64,000 bases of DNA from Eledone cirrhosa (GCA_964016885.1 OZ024758.1:20088001-20152000); one strand, 5' to 3'; counted from the first letter of the stretch, positions 43,498 through 57,552 are shown. The notes: generated from the letters alone by a model not told the origin. Numbers and translations: made by a program.

Positions 43498-44857
43498 TTG
43501 CAAAATGAATGAGAGCAATATAATAGGATATGAAACTTATTGTGTGGTCAGCACACTATTGTAACTGATGTAAAATCATTTACCTCCCTATCTATTTCAC
43601 ATTAGTTATCACTATCTATTTCAGAGGTGGTTGGTAAAACTTGACTCAGTAATGTCGAATGCTTCATGTCATTGCTAATATTGTGAGTAATGAACCGAGG
43701 GGAAAGTTTCATGTTTCGTTTAATTGCCCATGTCAAACGGTAATAACATTAATAGCTTGATATGGGGAGTAACAACACCCTAGGTTGTGAACTCCCCTCA
43801 AGCCATAGGGACAATCCAGGCTGAGCAGACACCATGATAGCCTAGAGATTGAATCGGACACATCCATTATAATTTGGCCAACATCTATATCACACAAACA
43901 CACTTTAATTTACTTGATTTCTGATTTTCAAGTTCTAATTTTAAATCTTGATTTCTCTTTATTAATTTGTTATTTGTTTTCTGTTCTCTTCACTGTATCC
44001 CCTTATATTTATTTTTAAGTTGAGATTGATTATAACACAAACACATTTTGTTTGGTTATCTTATTTTAACATCTTCTCCTCATACCAATCTATCCAACAT
44101 ATTTCTGAACTTGAGATTGGTTATAGCACACACACACTTTATCCGACTTTATTTGAAACTTCATTTTATTTTTCACTTCTCCATATTCATTTTCATTACT
44201 TTTTCCCCAATTTTTCATTTATTCTTTATTCTTTATTCTTTATTCTTTATTTATTATTTATTTTCTGTTTCCTTCATTTGTTGCCTTATATTTCTTCATA
44301 TACATGTAATAACACCCCACGCCACCACCACCACCACCACTATGAGAGATGGTGGCAGGAGGGATGAAGAAAAACACACACAGATACTTCTAAATTGTCA
44401 GCAGCAGCAAGACATAAGCTGACCACAACACCAACAACACTACCGAAATAATGGTAGAGGTCAAATGTACTTAACAATAGCAAACACAAACACTACAGGG
44501 AGCCTCACCCCAGAAAGAATTCTATAGACTCCTGACTGAGGAATGCTCTCAAAACTGACCAATGGGAAATTTGACACTTTTTTTTTATTTTGTTCCTTTA
44601 CCACATTGTTCCTTCTACCACTTTATCAAATGTTTAAGCTAACTCCAACAATAACAACACTTAGAATGAGGAATGTTCTAACAACTGACCAATGAGAGGA
44701 GAAGAAGCCCTTTGACACTGAAATTCGTTTGTTTGAATTCATATGATTCCAGTTCCTCAGTGAAATAACAACCCAACCACGCACTGGGCATATCAGAGTA
44801 TTTACAAAATTATACACCTCAACAACATATGTACTTGTCTATACCACACTAATTCGG

Positions 44858-44912
44858 ACTGCCGGAAGAGGTCACAGCCAAAGATGGCTGTCACTGAAAT
44901 ATATATAGCAGT
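44858..44912 (+). ncRNA. Type-I hammerhead motif with long stem II (U4G in this copy)
   Basis: ACTGC-CGGAAGA-GGTCACAGCCA aaga TGGCTGTCACT-GAAA-TATATA-TA-GCAGT. The downstream region 44966-45055 is homologous to 56354-56441. Confidence 0.65.
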
Positions 44913-45084
44913 AATAAACGAAGCTAAATTTTAAACATTTGACTTTTTATTTAACTTTATTTTACATTACTCCGGAGTAACCAAACCAACCTGCGCACTT
45001 CGTCGAGGGCTCCAGCCTGCATACTGAGGTGTTGGTATACAACCAACATATACTCAAAATCACTCTCTCTCTATATATATATAT

Positions 45085-45300
45085 ACAATATTAACAAATG
45101 GAAACTTTATTTATAAAAGCATATTTATTTCATTATACATATTTCAAGGACACCAAGTTAAATTATGGTGTGCTTTCATGGTTTTATAAATATACTTTCC
45201 ATTTGTTAATATCGTATTTTTACTCCAAATATTTGTTGAGTGCTTTATATCAGTTATAAAAATGTTTGCTTGTTGTATCCCAACAATTTAAATAGAACTT
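45085..45300. mobile_element. Family Q inverted-repeat fragment with HHR truncated inside its core
   Basis: aatattaacaaatggaaa..tttataaaa is mirrored at ~45182-45217. Minus 45126-45179 reads ATGA-AAGCACACCA..TGGTGTCCTT-GAAA-TATGTA-TA-atgaaata. 45238-45293 is the reverse complement of ~22979-23035. Confidence 0.65.
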
Positions 45301-45339
45301 TTACATATACATATATATATATATTACTTCCTATCTATC

Positions 45340-45390
<51 letters not shown>

Positions 45391-45413
45391 ATCTATCTAA
45401 ATATAGATAGGTG

Positions 45414-45450
<37 letters not shown>

Positions 45451-45499
45451 GTATATGTATATGTGTGTATGTATGTGTATGTTTATCTCATTCTCTTAA

Positions 45500-46380
45500 T
45501 TTCGAGTATGTTTTTGAACGGCCACCTTCCTGGTGGCAAGGTTGTAAAAGAAAAGAAATTGTTATCTCTTTAATCGCAAGAATGTCTTGCACATTTTGAA
45601 GGTACCAGCTATCGCAGCGATATGTAGACCATGAATTAGGGAGGTGCGCTTTTTGTCCGCAAATCCAAGTACAATTATACTTTGGTCCAAAACGGATTGG
45701 TATATAACCCGTAGCTCTAATAATGATCGATATGGAGCGAAAGGTGTATCTTAGATACTGGATTTGTAAACTCCCCATCGATGGTCCATAGATGTCCTCC
45801 TTCTCCTGTATTTTTCTGACAACGTTTACATCAAGTGGGCAGCTGATCTCCACAACAGCACACGTTTTCAATGTGGCGTCCCAAACAACAATATCAGGCC
45901 GGTTGTGCTTTAATTTGGTGGCAGTTTTTATTTTCAGGTTCCATCAGTATTCTTTAGTGCCATCTGTCTCAATATATTCTTCCTCGTTTGTTTTTAATTT
46001 TGTTTTCCGAAGTGCGTTCCAGATGGTTCTAGCTATCCCATCTGTCTCATTGGGATGCAGTAGCGAGATGATATTCCTTCGCAGCTGGCAACAATGTGGC
46101 TTACATCTTCGATCTTTGTTTTACATAGCCTGCATTTATTGTCCGCTGATGGCCCTCCTCTTTTGTGCTGCAGATATTTGGTAGGGAGTTCTTGTTCTTG
46201 TATTGCATAGATATATCCCTCAAGGTGTGATGTCATAAACTTCTCGGAAATACATGCCAGGCTGTTTGAGTGGTTTATCCCCTCTATGGTCTGTGTCTCA
46301 AGAATCCATGCACCACTTTTTTTCTGTAAATTGGTCAATTTGTTCATCTTGTTTCAACATTGAATAGGATCTTCCGATTT
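45500..46380 (-). mobile_element. 3' part of an R4/Dong-like non-LTR retrotransposon (CCHC knuckle + restriction-like endonuclease), pseudogenised
   Basis: HLEGYIYAIQEQELPTKY..CRLCKTKIEDVSHIVASC (ORF 46033-46347), then EY*WNLKIKTATKLKHNRPDIVVWDATLKTCAVVEISCPLDVNVVRKIQEKEDIYGP. Contains a stop and frameshifts; flanked by (TA/TG)n. Confidence 0.88.
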
Positions 46381-46431
46381 CTCTGTGTATGTATATGTAT
46401 ATGTGTGTATGTGTATATGTATTTATGTACG

Positions 46432-46476
<45 letters not shown>

Positions 46477-46509
46477 GTGTGTGTATATATATATGTATAT
46501 GTGTGTGGA

Positions 46510-46551
<42 letters not shown>

Positions 46552-46552
46552 A

Positions 46553-46652
<100 letters not shown>

Positions 46653-47504
46653 ATGTGTGTGTGTATGTATATATATGCACTGACGTTTGAATTGCTCTGA
46701 CAAATACATTGTTAAATAGACTGAATGCAGAAGCAAATATTACACAAATACAGAAACAGGCAGCCTATATTCACCATATTCATAATGTTGTGTATAATAA
46801 TAACTGCAAATATACGATATTTTTAGATCGTTCTTTGAAATTATGAGTGATATTGATTTGCGGTGTAACATATCTGGAGAGAATTGTATATATTATTAGC
46901 TTTCTCACGTCACTATATATTAAAACGCTGGATAAGCTAGCATCTGTGATGTCATGAGTTCTACATAAACAACGATGGAATCTTATTAGACGTGCCAGTA
47001 CAATGACAGAGCTCCAGTCTGAAAGATAATAGATCAAACTCCCTCCAGAATTTCCCTTCATAGTCTTCAGAAAACAATATATGTGTGCACAGGTATTCAT
47101 AGATAGGTAATTCCGGAGAAAAATCTGAGACGACCATAGCTAGAACACCTTAAAGATATGTCTGTTCTGACAGGTTTACTTTTGTTAGAAACAGATTTGT
47201 CTCATAAACTTGTGAGTAAAGCCTCGAGAGTCCGTTTGATATAGTTACATATAGAAGTCCTCCTCTGCTATTGTCCTAAATAAATGCATTTATAAAGGGA
47301 GAAATGAGACTGTTTAAGGGGAAGAAATACGACTTAGGATAAACATTATTAATAGACGCTTTAAATTTGTTCAGATGGTGATTTATGAAAATATTCTTTT
47401 GGCCGTAGATTATATGTATTTGACTCGATAAAATAAAGTAACAGTAATACACTGGGATATTTGCTGGTCTTGTGCCAACAGTAGAAACAAATATATGTAT
47501 TGGT

Positions 47505-47565
47505 GTGGCTATTCCAGCGCGTCTCCCTAGCCATCCTCGCAGACAATGTATTCTCCATCCTATCG
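47505..47565 (+). mobile_element. CRE-like 3'-terminal fragment, third copy (preceded by a decayed SINE A at ~47395-47492)
   Basis: tggctattccagcgcgtctccctagccatcctcgcagacaatgtattctccatccta translates to WLFQRVSLAILADNVFSIL. Confidence 0.65.
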
Positions 47566-48891
47566 ATCAAGGCTAAAAGGCGGATAGTAAGTTTGTTGAT
47601 AGTGGAGGATACTGCTTCGGAAATCATTTTCACACATGTATAGAGAGTGGATGGACCTGCTTCCATGTGATAATTATCCTGGTCTTGATCTGTTATCCCT
47701 AAAGAGCAAAGGTTAACGGTTACACGATTAACAATATTACGGAAACATATCAAATACATAGCTGGATTATTTCCACAAGGAATAAGTATTTATCTATAAA
47801 CCATGTTAGAATAAATTACTGGGGTTATCTTTAACATATATTTGCATTTGGTTGTATAAATATTGGTTCATAAAATTAGCATTATTTCAGAGTTAAACTA
47901 TCATTTCAAAGCAAACAACATTTCCTGAAATTGATAACACTATTATTATTATGAACAAATCATGCATGATAAGACTTCGCATGATACATACATTTTCTCT
48001 GTGACAGAAACGATTACGTAACCGAAATATATAACTAATTACAGATTGTGATATTAAGAAAAGAAAACAATAACGAATCCAAAAGATAAAATAATGCTAT
48101 ATAGTATGGATTATCACATACGTCAGGGAATAAATAAAAAATAAAGCTAAGAAAATTCATTTGAAAATTTAGAATTGATAATGTTTCAAAACTGATTATA
48201 TATTAAAAGAAAATAAGATGTTTCATGAATTGAGATGTTTTGGTTTCGGAGTTAAAAAGCCTACCTTAAAATATTTAAAGCTATGCAATACAGATTATTA
48301 TTTATTCTAAGAATAGATATCTATCCAACCCCCAAAATAAGTGCAATAAGTCAAAAATGAATAATAGCGTAGGCATATTATACATTTGTCTTATTGCTAA
48401 CTAGAAAATATTTTTCGTTTTCTGTAATGCGCATGAAATAATTCTCTTACATAGAAGATTCTGACACAATTTTAATGCGTCTATTTGTACGTAAACATTT
48501 TACATTAATTTCCTTCATGCAGTGGAGTATGAGGTAGACATGGATTTCAAATGTAATTAAATATATTTTGTATTGTTCAAAAGTTCATGTTATTTCCATA
48601 ATGCATTTTAAAATCAGAATGTAATTGCTTATACAAAAAAAGCAATAATATTTCTTTGAAATAATTCAAGTAAATAAATTGAAAATATAACACAATGGTT
48701 GATATGTTGAATGTGTTTAACCTAATGTGATTTAATTTATATGAAAAGGAATTTCGGAATTTCTTCTATTTCATGTAAAATTGAAAAGTGGAAGAAATGT
48801 TTATGGATAAGGAAGTATTGTAGTAGTTGTCTGTATATATATGGCCATATCATATACCATCATTGCCAACATAATCATTTCAAAAGTGCAT

Positions 48892-48976
<85 letters not shown>

Positions 48977-49169
48977 TATATATATATATATATATATATA
49001 GATAGATATATTAGCCTGATAGTGGCGTTTAGAACCTTCTAAGGAATGGAGAGAAACATTATTGACATACCTGGGAATGTCATTACTCATCTTTCCATTT
49101 CAAAAGAAATATGGCTAAATCTTCTATTTCTATTTTCAAACTCACTCGCTCTTTCAAAACAAACTTTAT

Positions 49170-49264
<95 letters not shown>

Positions 49265-49321
49265 AGCAAATTATAAACGTAAACATGTAAGTATGTTTTT
49301 GAAACGGTGCGCCAGTTTGAA

Positions 49322-49548
49322 ATTAGAAATTAGAAATTATAAGCTTTCACCGTATTTTAGACTAAAGACATTTCTAGCCCGATAGTGGGGTTTATAACCC
49401 TCGGAGAAATGGAAAGAGATGAGTGTTGCCGTACATGTACGGCAACACTCATCTTTTTCCATTTCTCCCAGGGTTATAAACCCCACTATCAGGCTAGAAA
49501 TGTCTTTAGTCTAAAATACGGTGAAAGCTTATCATTTCTAATTTCTAA
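49322..49548. repeat. Near-perfect spacerless palindrome, ~113-bp arms
   Basis: Centre gtacatgtac at 49431-49440; arms attagaaattagaaat.ataagctttcaccgtattttagactaaagacatttctagcc... mirror each other with few mismatches. A related decayed sequence lies at ~49011-49110. Confidence 0.92.
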
Positions 49549-49568
49549 TATATATATATATATATATA

Positions 49569-49767
49569 TAACGAAGGAAATGTGGTAAGGAACCAGGTGG
49601 ACCATAACGCACCAAAGTACTCAATACTTGAGGTAGTAGAGTGGGTAATAGACCAGTAAGACCCCGACAGCTGAGCTCAAGCCGTTTCGACGCTAATTCT
49701 GGACTAAATTTAGTCCAGAATTAGCCGTCGAAACGGCTTGAGCTCAGCTGTCGGGGTCTTACTGGTT

Positions 49768-49770
<3 letters not shown>
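49569..49770 (-). mobile_element. Hairpin family H, young copy
   Basis: An ~80-bp tail plus palindrome 49652-49766 centred on ctaaatttag. Near-identical in reverse complement to 57993-58183. Inside (TA)n. Confidence 0.9.
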
Positions 49771-49811
<41 letters not shown>

Positions 49812-51393
49812 GTCTATGCTCACAGACATATGCATATATCCATATATATTATATAAATCAATTGGGATTGAAATGTTATTCTCAACGAAATTTATCAGTT
49901 GACCTTACAATGCCGCCTATGAACATTATGAAACAAATGATCTTTTTCGTGAGATAATAAAATATAGCCATTGTAATAGACATATATATATTCACGTCTG
50001 TTATGTCTGATAGAAAAATGCGTATCATATCATATCAATGGTGACATTCAAATCCTGTAAAACCTATGAAGAGTCTTTGATGATATGCTGGATGTGATCT
50101 TGTGACTTTTTTCTTAATTATCTGATTTGGAAAACCATCTAGACAGACAATAAGTTGTAATTATTTAATCAGGCTAATTGCTGATCAACTGAAATCTATA
50201 TAACATCTATACATATTTATATAAATCATAATAAATCATTCCTTCTGTTTTTAGATACGAAATGCCCTTTTCTCTGTCGATATTGGCTTGTCGAAGATAA
50301 CTCTTATTTTCCTTTATATTGTGAATCAACAACTGCTTAATTATTTAACAAAAGAAATGCTAGACCTATGAATCATGAATGGTTGTTTTCTGGAATTGCC
50401 ATGACAAACTTTTACTTGCAATGTTCAGCAGGAATACTGTATATCACAGGGATTCATCTGAAGAATGTATTATGTATATTCGCAAATGTAGACAAAAACC
50501 TCATTGAATTATTCCAGATCTTTTCAGCAAATATACATTCATAACATTTCCATTAGATCATTTCTATTTATTCCGTATATCGATAGTATACATAAAACCA
50601 GCGTAGCAATTGTTACGAATTTTGTTTTCAGATATTATTCCCCTGTGATGACCATCTTGATACATTTATGCAATGCGAACGTCATATGTACGACTAGACA
50701 ATGCCATTCGGGCTGTATCACAAACTATTTGCTTAAATAAATATATTTATATGTCTGCTCAGTGAAACATTGTCTATTTAATATGATACTGGACAGCTAG
50801 CTGGCAAAACAGTTATTATATTACTGTGCCTCATAAAAAGACAATCAAAATAGCAAGAGGACAAATCAAGCGATTTGAAATAATCAATTTTACGCATGTA
50901 CATTAAAAAATATATATTTTTCTCATTTTTACCCTTCCTGAATCGACCAAAAGAGAGCTAAAATAACTGAATAGCCCTCAGCAGTCAAATAGGCATATAA
51001 ATCTGTCGACTAGCTTCAAATAAAGGATACAGAAAGAAGAAAAGCCATGTGATATATATTAAAATAAGGATATGATAGATATTGGACATGCACATGTTTC
51101 TAGTTGTTGGGTGTATATTAAACAATCGCATTCCTTTTCAACACGATGACAAATCTCATGTATCGGAATTGAAATAAATTATATATAGGTTTCTTATCTA
51201 ACCTGATTGTTTTGTCGTTGCTTTGCTATTATGTGGCTAGGCTAGCCTGCCGCAGTTTCCAATCTGTCAGGCTATCTAACGTATGTTATTATTCTAAGGT
51301 GACACAGCCTTATTGAGTGCGTTGCTGCACATTTCTATTTGTATATCGTTAGCTTGGCCACCGCCAACACTTCTATTTTACTAAACTTCCATT

Positions 51394-51438
<45 letters not shown>

Positions 51439-52626
51439 TCTCTGTATTTTAATCCATTTTGACTGCATATAGATAACCTACAACAGTGTGCATCATCATG
51501 TTCTGATTTAACCTATGTTTGGAGCTCTAGAATATGATTAGATTTAAGTATAAATGCACCAATTTGAGCAATAAATGTAATTCTTAAAGCTATTTGATAT
51601 ATTGTTAAGCAGAGTAACTGTTTTAAACATCAACAGCATCAATTCAAAAACATAAGGCATATAAGAATATAAATAATTTATATAGCTCAGACATTCAGAA
51701 TTTTCAGGTAACTGCGTACATATTACAGACGATGTGATTTTTCTTCTGCCACAAGTGAAATGAGAAAATTGCATATAAAGTCGTTGAAAATTACGAAGGA
51801 CTGGAAATATAAGTTTTAAATGTGATTGCATTTTGGTAGTCTGCAGGACAAATTGCACCAGGTTCAGGTGTAAATTATGCTTCACAAAATACATTATTAT
51901 ATATTCAGTTATATGTTGCAAAATCCATATTTTGTTAAAGTACTACTTAATATGATATTATGTTTGCTGAAAAGATCATCTGTTTCAAGCGAAGAAAGAA
52001 CAGATAATATACTGTCCCGTTTATTGATTGTTTTTGCATTCAATGATATGTTATTCATTTGCTATTGTGGAATGACTAAACTAAACATTATACCCTATGC
52101 AATTATGGCAGTCGATGGATTTCACACAGGTTTGGTTCATGATTTCTTCTGATAGAAGTTAACGGAATATAGTAAAACCGTAATCCTTATGGAGACAGAG
52201 AAATACCAGGCGTTGCTTATCATTTGTATAAGAAAACGAGTAGCAATGATCCATGTTAAACTACGTAATGATAATAGAGAGAGGAAAGACAAACGAGGAT
52301 AAGACGATTAAATGATTTATCGCATACACTTTTCTCTGACAGTCTTAACAGATGGCCTGGCACGAATATTAACATACTAGGTGAACGTTCAATTAAGAAT
52401 AAAATAAATGAAATTAGAATTTCATAATACGTCAGTTATAAGCGTCTATTTTCACATCGAATATTTCTCCGGTGGGACGTTATCTTAGTCGTGCATTAAA
52501 TGTTAAATGAAGCAGTTTGTGAGAGTTCAATCCCTGGACAATTGTGTATATATATATAATAAACATCAATCGGAAGGAGCAAGTAACAAAACAAGTATAT
52601 CATAGCCAACACGAGAATTATACATA

Positions 52627-52729
<103 letters not shown>

Positions 52730-53000
52730 TATATTGCTAAGCTACGAGAGACTACCGATGAAACAGTTCTCGAGGAATAATGGAATGGGATGGTGAGTTG
52801 GTATATTTATGGAGAAAATATCTGCCCACATGATCCTACCGACTCCAGACATAATAACACTTAAAGTCGCAGGTTTTACTCTCTCTCTCTCTCTCGTGTA
52901 TATATTTATATATATACGTTTATACCGTGTTCCATCGGGGGTAACCACAGTAAGAAAGGTAATTAATACAAAGCAGAGTATAAATATTTAATATAGATAT

Positions 53001-53110
53001 GACTTCTACAAGACTAGAACTATTTCAATCGGGAGAAATCATGAGGAAGCCGATGATTCTCCCGAATGAAACAGTTCTAGTCCGGCCTTCTACCGGACTA
53101 GAACTGTTTC
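53001..53110. mobile_element. Zig-zag triple inverted fragment with degenerate hammerhead (minus 53001-53051)
   Basis: Minus strand reads GGCTTC-CTCATGA-tttctcccgatt-GAAA-tagttctagtcttg-TA-GAAGTC. The segment gaaacagttctagtccgg occurs in alternating orientations at 53010-53026, 53068-53085 and 53093-53110. Confidence 0.5.
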
Positions 53111-53121
53111 TATATACATAT

Positions 53122-53277
<156 letters not shown>

Positions 53278-53669
53278 TTTGTGTGTGTGTGCGTGTGCGT
53301 GTGTGTGTGTGTGTATATATATATTCACTCTTACGTTCCATTTAGGATTATAGGTCCTCTCGTCGGTTTTCAAGCCTATATCTTCATATTTGTTAACAGA
53401 CCAGGCGTATTCCAAATTTCCTCATATTATTTTACGTAGTGTATAATTGTTTACACTCCAATAATGTTTAATCTGTAAACAGAAATATTCTAGTCATATT
53501 TTATCATCGTAATGTTTACTCTTGTAATTCCAAGATGCTACATGTTATTGTAATATACCAATGTATAATGTTTTAGAAAATAATAGAAAAGAAGTCATAG
53601 TGTTCCACAAAGAAATATTTATACCAAGTATAAAGCTTTTTCAAAGAAACCATACATCTACAGTCTTAT

Positions 53670-54090
53670 CGAAACCTATTAAAATCATTATCTTCCTATA
53701 TAATCTGACAACCGTATAGTGAAGGAATAGGTGTGTTAGTAACTCCATTTTGTGTATGTGCTCAACTATAGTTTATGTATGCAGTATTGTAATGTGAGAA
53801 CTAACTGATGCTAGCAAGCATTACTCTTCGTATTTTGGAATTAAATGAAGTAATAATGACTAAATTATATTAAATGTAATTTTTGGATACAGTTACCCAT
53901 GAAAATATCTATGTATTTGCTTGAGCAAAGAAGGAAGTGAAACAGTCGTAATCTTTCTGCAAACATCCGTAAAACCTGGATGAATTTGAGCCAGCCTACT
54001 ATGGACAGTACTTCGTTGGATAAATTTAGTATTACAGCGACTATTTCTAACATATCATTGCACAATTTCAACCATATACAATTCAACCTG
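53670..54090 (+). pseudogene. Possible very decayed MULE-type transposase fragment
   Basis: Ordered, frameshifted remnants YSEGI..TP, AQL*FMYA, LLFVF, EFEPA, C..FNHIQ resemble DGTF..P / QLYxIHA / PLVF / DFExA / CxFH. By-eye match only. Confidence 0.3.
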
Positions 54091-54923
54091 AATTAATAGG
54101 TCCTCTGTTGGATCTACTCGGGGGTTTTACCACTATACATTCTCCACATTCCGCAGCGTTAGTTGATCAGTTATTAACCCTCACTATGCTGCTCGTTTCT
54201 ATTTAATGAAGAGATATTATAGGCGACCAGTGTCTATGAAAAGTAATGTACGATGTGGTCACACACACACGCATACGTATATATACGTGTGTGTATATAT
54301 ATGAGTTTCTTGATTATTATTCAACAGATGTGTGGCACTCTGGTGCGTTATGGTACACCTGGTATCTTAGCACATTATCTTTCTAATGTTTGATTTCCGA
54401 CATAATTTTAATAAAGAAAAATATTATCACATGGAATATATCTATTCTACCATGTTGCTGCTTCTTTGTAGCCATACATATGCAATTGTTCAGTTGTATA
54501 TTGTTTTAAAATATCTTTCTACGTGCTTCCGTATTTATTACGTCAGTGCTCCTGTTGCGTAAGCATTTATACTTGTCTAGATTTTTCAGTGTACTTGCGT
54601 ACGTTTATCTTTAAGAATATTTGCATAAGTCTGTGAATTAATACATTTGTGGTTTATTAGTTCGTTGTATAGAAATGATAATAAGTTTCAAGCTTAGAAT
54701 AATACAAGGCTTAGATCTGAAATTCTCTTCTATATTGACATAGTGTTTGCTTTCCTTTTGTAGATGCATTGAAATTCACTTTTAGTGTCATTCATATGAC
54801 AAGGTGCAACAGAAACCTGTTGCTTCTAAGCTAAAAACCTAATGCATATATGACATGTAGAGTTCGGTGTAACGATATAGATGTGTACATGTGTGCATTA
54901 GCATACGTATACATTGGCACAAG

Positions 54924-54982
<59 letters not shown>

Positions 54983-55053
54983 GTATGTATGTATATATGT
55001 ATGTATATAATATATATATGTATGTATGTATATAATATATATATGTATGTATG

Positions 55054-55112
<59 letters not shown>

Positions 55113-55119
55113 ACGTATG

Positions 55120-55150
<31 letters not shown>

Positions 55151-55153
55151 ACG

Positions 55154-55192
<39 letters not shown>

Positions 55193-55303
55193 ACGTATGT
55201 ATATAATATATATATATATGTATGTATGCATGTAAGTATGTATGTATGTATGTGTGTGTGTATGTATATGTGGGTGGGTGTGTGAAAGTGATAAAATGAA
55301 TTG

Positions 55304-55367
<64 letters not shown>

Positions 55368-55382
55368 CTACACAATATAATC

Positions 55383-55540
55383 ATTCCATTACCAAGGTTT
55401 CACGACACCAGACGATTTTAATAGGCGTCTGAAGCCATTTATCTGATAGAAATCTTTCATTTAAAGTTATCTGTCTGATGAACGTCTTCAGTCGCCTCTT
55501 TTAGAATGGTTTGACTTCGTGAAACCTTGGGTAATGGAAT
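55383..55540. mobile_element. Inverted pair of hammerhead motifs
   Basis: Plus 55470-55538: TCTGT-CTGATGA-ACG...CGT-GAAA-CCTTGGG-TA-ATGGA (intact core). Minus 55384-55451: TTCTAT-CAGATAA-ATG..CAGACG/CGTCTG..CGT-GAAA-CCTTGG-TA-ATGGAA (degenerate core). Confidence 0.68.
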
Positions 55541-55688
55541 AGCTATAGTGTGATGTTTATTACATAAATAAATAGGTGTGTACTTTACACAGAGCACTCT
55601 TTTTTCCATTACCTTTTCCACAAAAATACTTAACAAACACACACGCACACGCACACGCACAAACACACACACACACACACACACACAT

Positions 55689-55724
<36 letters not shown>

Positions 55725-56102
55725 GACTTTCAAAACAACGAACAGCGGAGGACGCGTTTCGTACCTTTCCGACAGACAACCTTTTCCCCCACCCCGGAAA
55801 AAAACCCCAGTTGATGGATGTGAATCCGAAATATATAGGGACAATTAAATCTCTCCCAAGGTAACTCTCTCTCGTGTTGTTATTTTTATTTTTATCCTTT
55901 ATGCTCTTTCCTTTATTCCTCTACACGTCTTATACACGCCACACATCTCAACGTTCACCCACTTACATCTCTCTCTCCACCACCGTTGTTACCACAATCT
56001 TGTTACCCGGAGATTTACCCATTTGCATTGTCGAGTATTCCAAATGACTTAAAGAAATTTACCTTATCATTCCACAATGCTTCAAGCAAACTTCAATACT
56101 CT

Positions 56103-56180
<78 letters not shown>

Positions 56181-56204
56181 GTTGTGTATGTGTAAGTCAA
56201 CAGT

Positions 56205-56254
56205 TAACTGTTATATATATGTCATGTAACAGCTTTGACCTCATCAGACAGTTA
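56205..56254 (-). ncRNA. Defective hammerhead motif (GAA deleted)
   Basis: Minus strand reads TAACTGT-CTGATGA-GGTCA aagctgttaca TGAC-[no GAA]-ATATATA-TA-ACAGTTA, with a 7-bp stem I. Confidence 0.55.
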
Positions 56255-56439
56255 GTACTCTGTTCCCCAGAGAACATAAGGATGGACAGAGTATACCATT
56301 GTTATTTCGCACTCTTAAACATGTCCAGTGCTGAAATATGGTGTTGTATTTAAATTACTCCGGAGTAAACAGACCTACCTACGTAGTTCCTTGAGTGCTC
56401 TACCTTGCATACTGAAGTGTCATTATTAAACCAACACAT

Positions 56440-56499
<60 letters not shown>

Positions 56500-56503
<4 letters not shown>

Positions 56504-57552
56504 CATTATTAAGAAACCAGAAACATTAGACATAAATAAATAAATAGCTATTTTTTTTCCGAATATCCGACTGTACAGTTTCGTGGCAAAAATCCTATCT
56601 CATAGAGATGTAGCATTCTTGTGAGGTTTGCCGACTTATCGAGAGAATACCTCATTTAAAGTTTCAAAACAGGTCTGCACCGCCAGAAAGAATCTGGGGA
56701 AGGCGGAGGGGGACCTATCACGTAATACAGCGGTCAAGAAACGGAGCGAAATCCCTTGTAGCAATTAAAAATGCTACGAATGACGGAGGTGGCATTAATA
56801 CAATGCAGAGGCTACAGAAGGGGTGGTAAGGAAAACTTGAAGTGTATATAGTATTAGCTTGAAAGCTGTCACTATACTTCCGTGGTTACTCTACCGTGAG
56901 GGAGTTGCAGACAAAAAAAAAATCGTTTCTACTTTAGGCACAAGGCTAGCAATTAACAAGTACATTACTGGTATTTTATTTTATCGACCCTGTACGGATG
57001 AAGGGCAAAGTTAACCTCGGCGTGATTTGAACTCAGACTGTAAAGGGACGTAACTCTGCCATAAAGCATAGCGTCCAACCCTCTACTGATACTACCAATT
57101 CACAGATATATGTGGATACATACATATACATGGATATATACACATATATCTTTCACAAGTATGTGACATTCTGTGTTGCCAACCTTAGCCGGTGTTGTTC
57201 TATGACTGAGAGAGTAAAAATAATGGGAATAATTAAAATGACTCTATATCGGTAAACCTCACAAGAATGCTACGTCTCTATGATATATGAGTTTTGCAAA
57301 GTAGCCACGAAACTGTACAGTCGGGAATTTGAGGAAAAGGTAGGTATTTATTTATTTATGTCTAATGTTTATTATTTCTTTATAATGTATTACATAGCTC
57401 TGATATAGAGTCAATTTAATTATTCCGATTATTTGTCTCTCTCAGTCATAGAGCAATAGCGGTTATGGTTGGGTAACACACAATCTCACATACTTGTGAA
57501 CGATATATGTGTATATATGCATGTATATGTATGTATTCCCATATATCTGTGT
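56500..57552. repeat. Interleaved double inverted repeat, interrupted by SINE A (56925-57102, minus)
   Basis: ~56500-56635 is inverted at ~57248-57391, and ~57101-57250 is inverted at ~57402-57551. Contains the HHR 3' half GAAA-CTGTACAG-TC at 57309-57322 (+) and 56569-56582 (-). Confidence 0.75.

Noticed and set aside
49322-49548. Hammerhead or pre-miRNA inside the long palindrome
   Set aside because: CTGATAG and GAAAGCTT pieces are not in a compatible arrangement; the duplex is far longer and more perfect than a pre-miRNA.
51544-52152. Non-repetitive ORFs of 125 and 91 aa
   Set aside because: AT-rich chance ORFs without motifs, codon bias or convincing splice sites.
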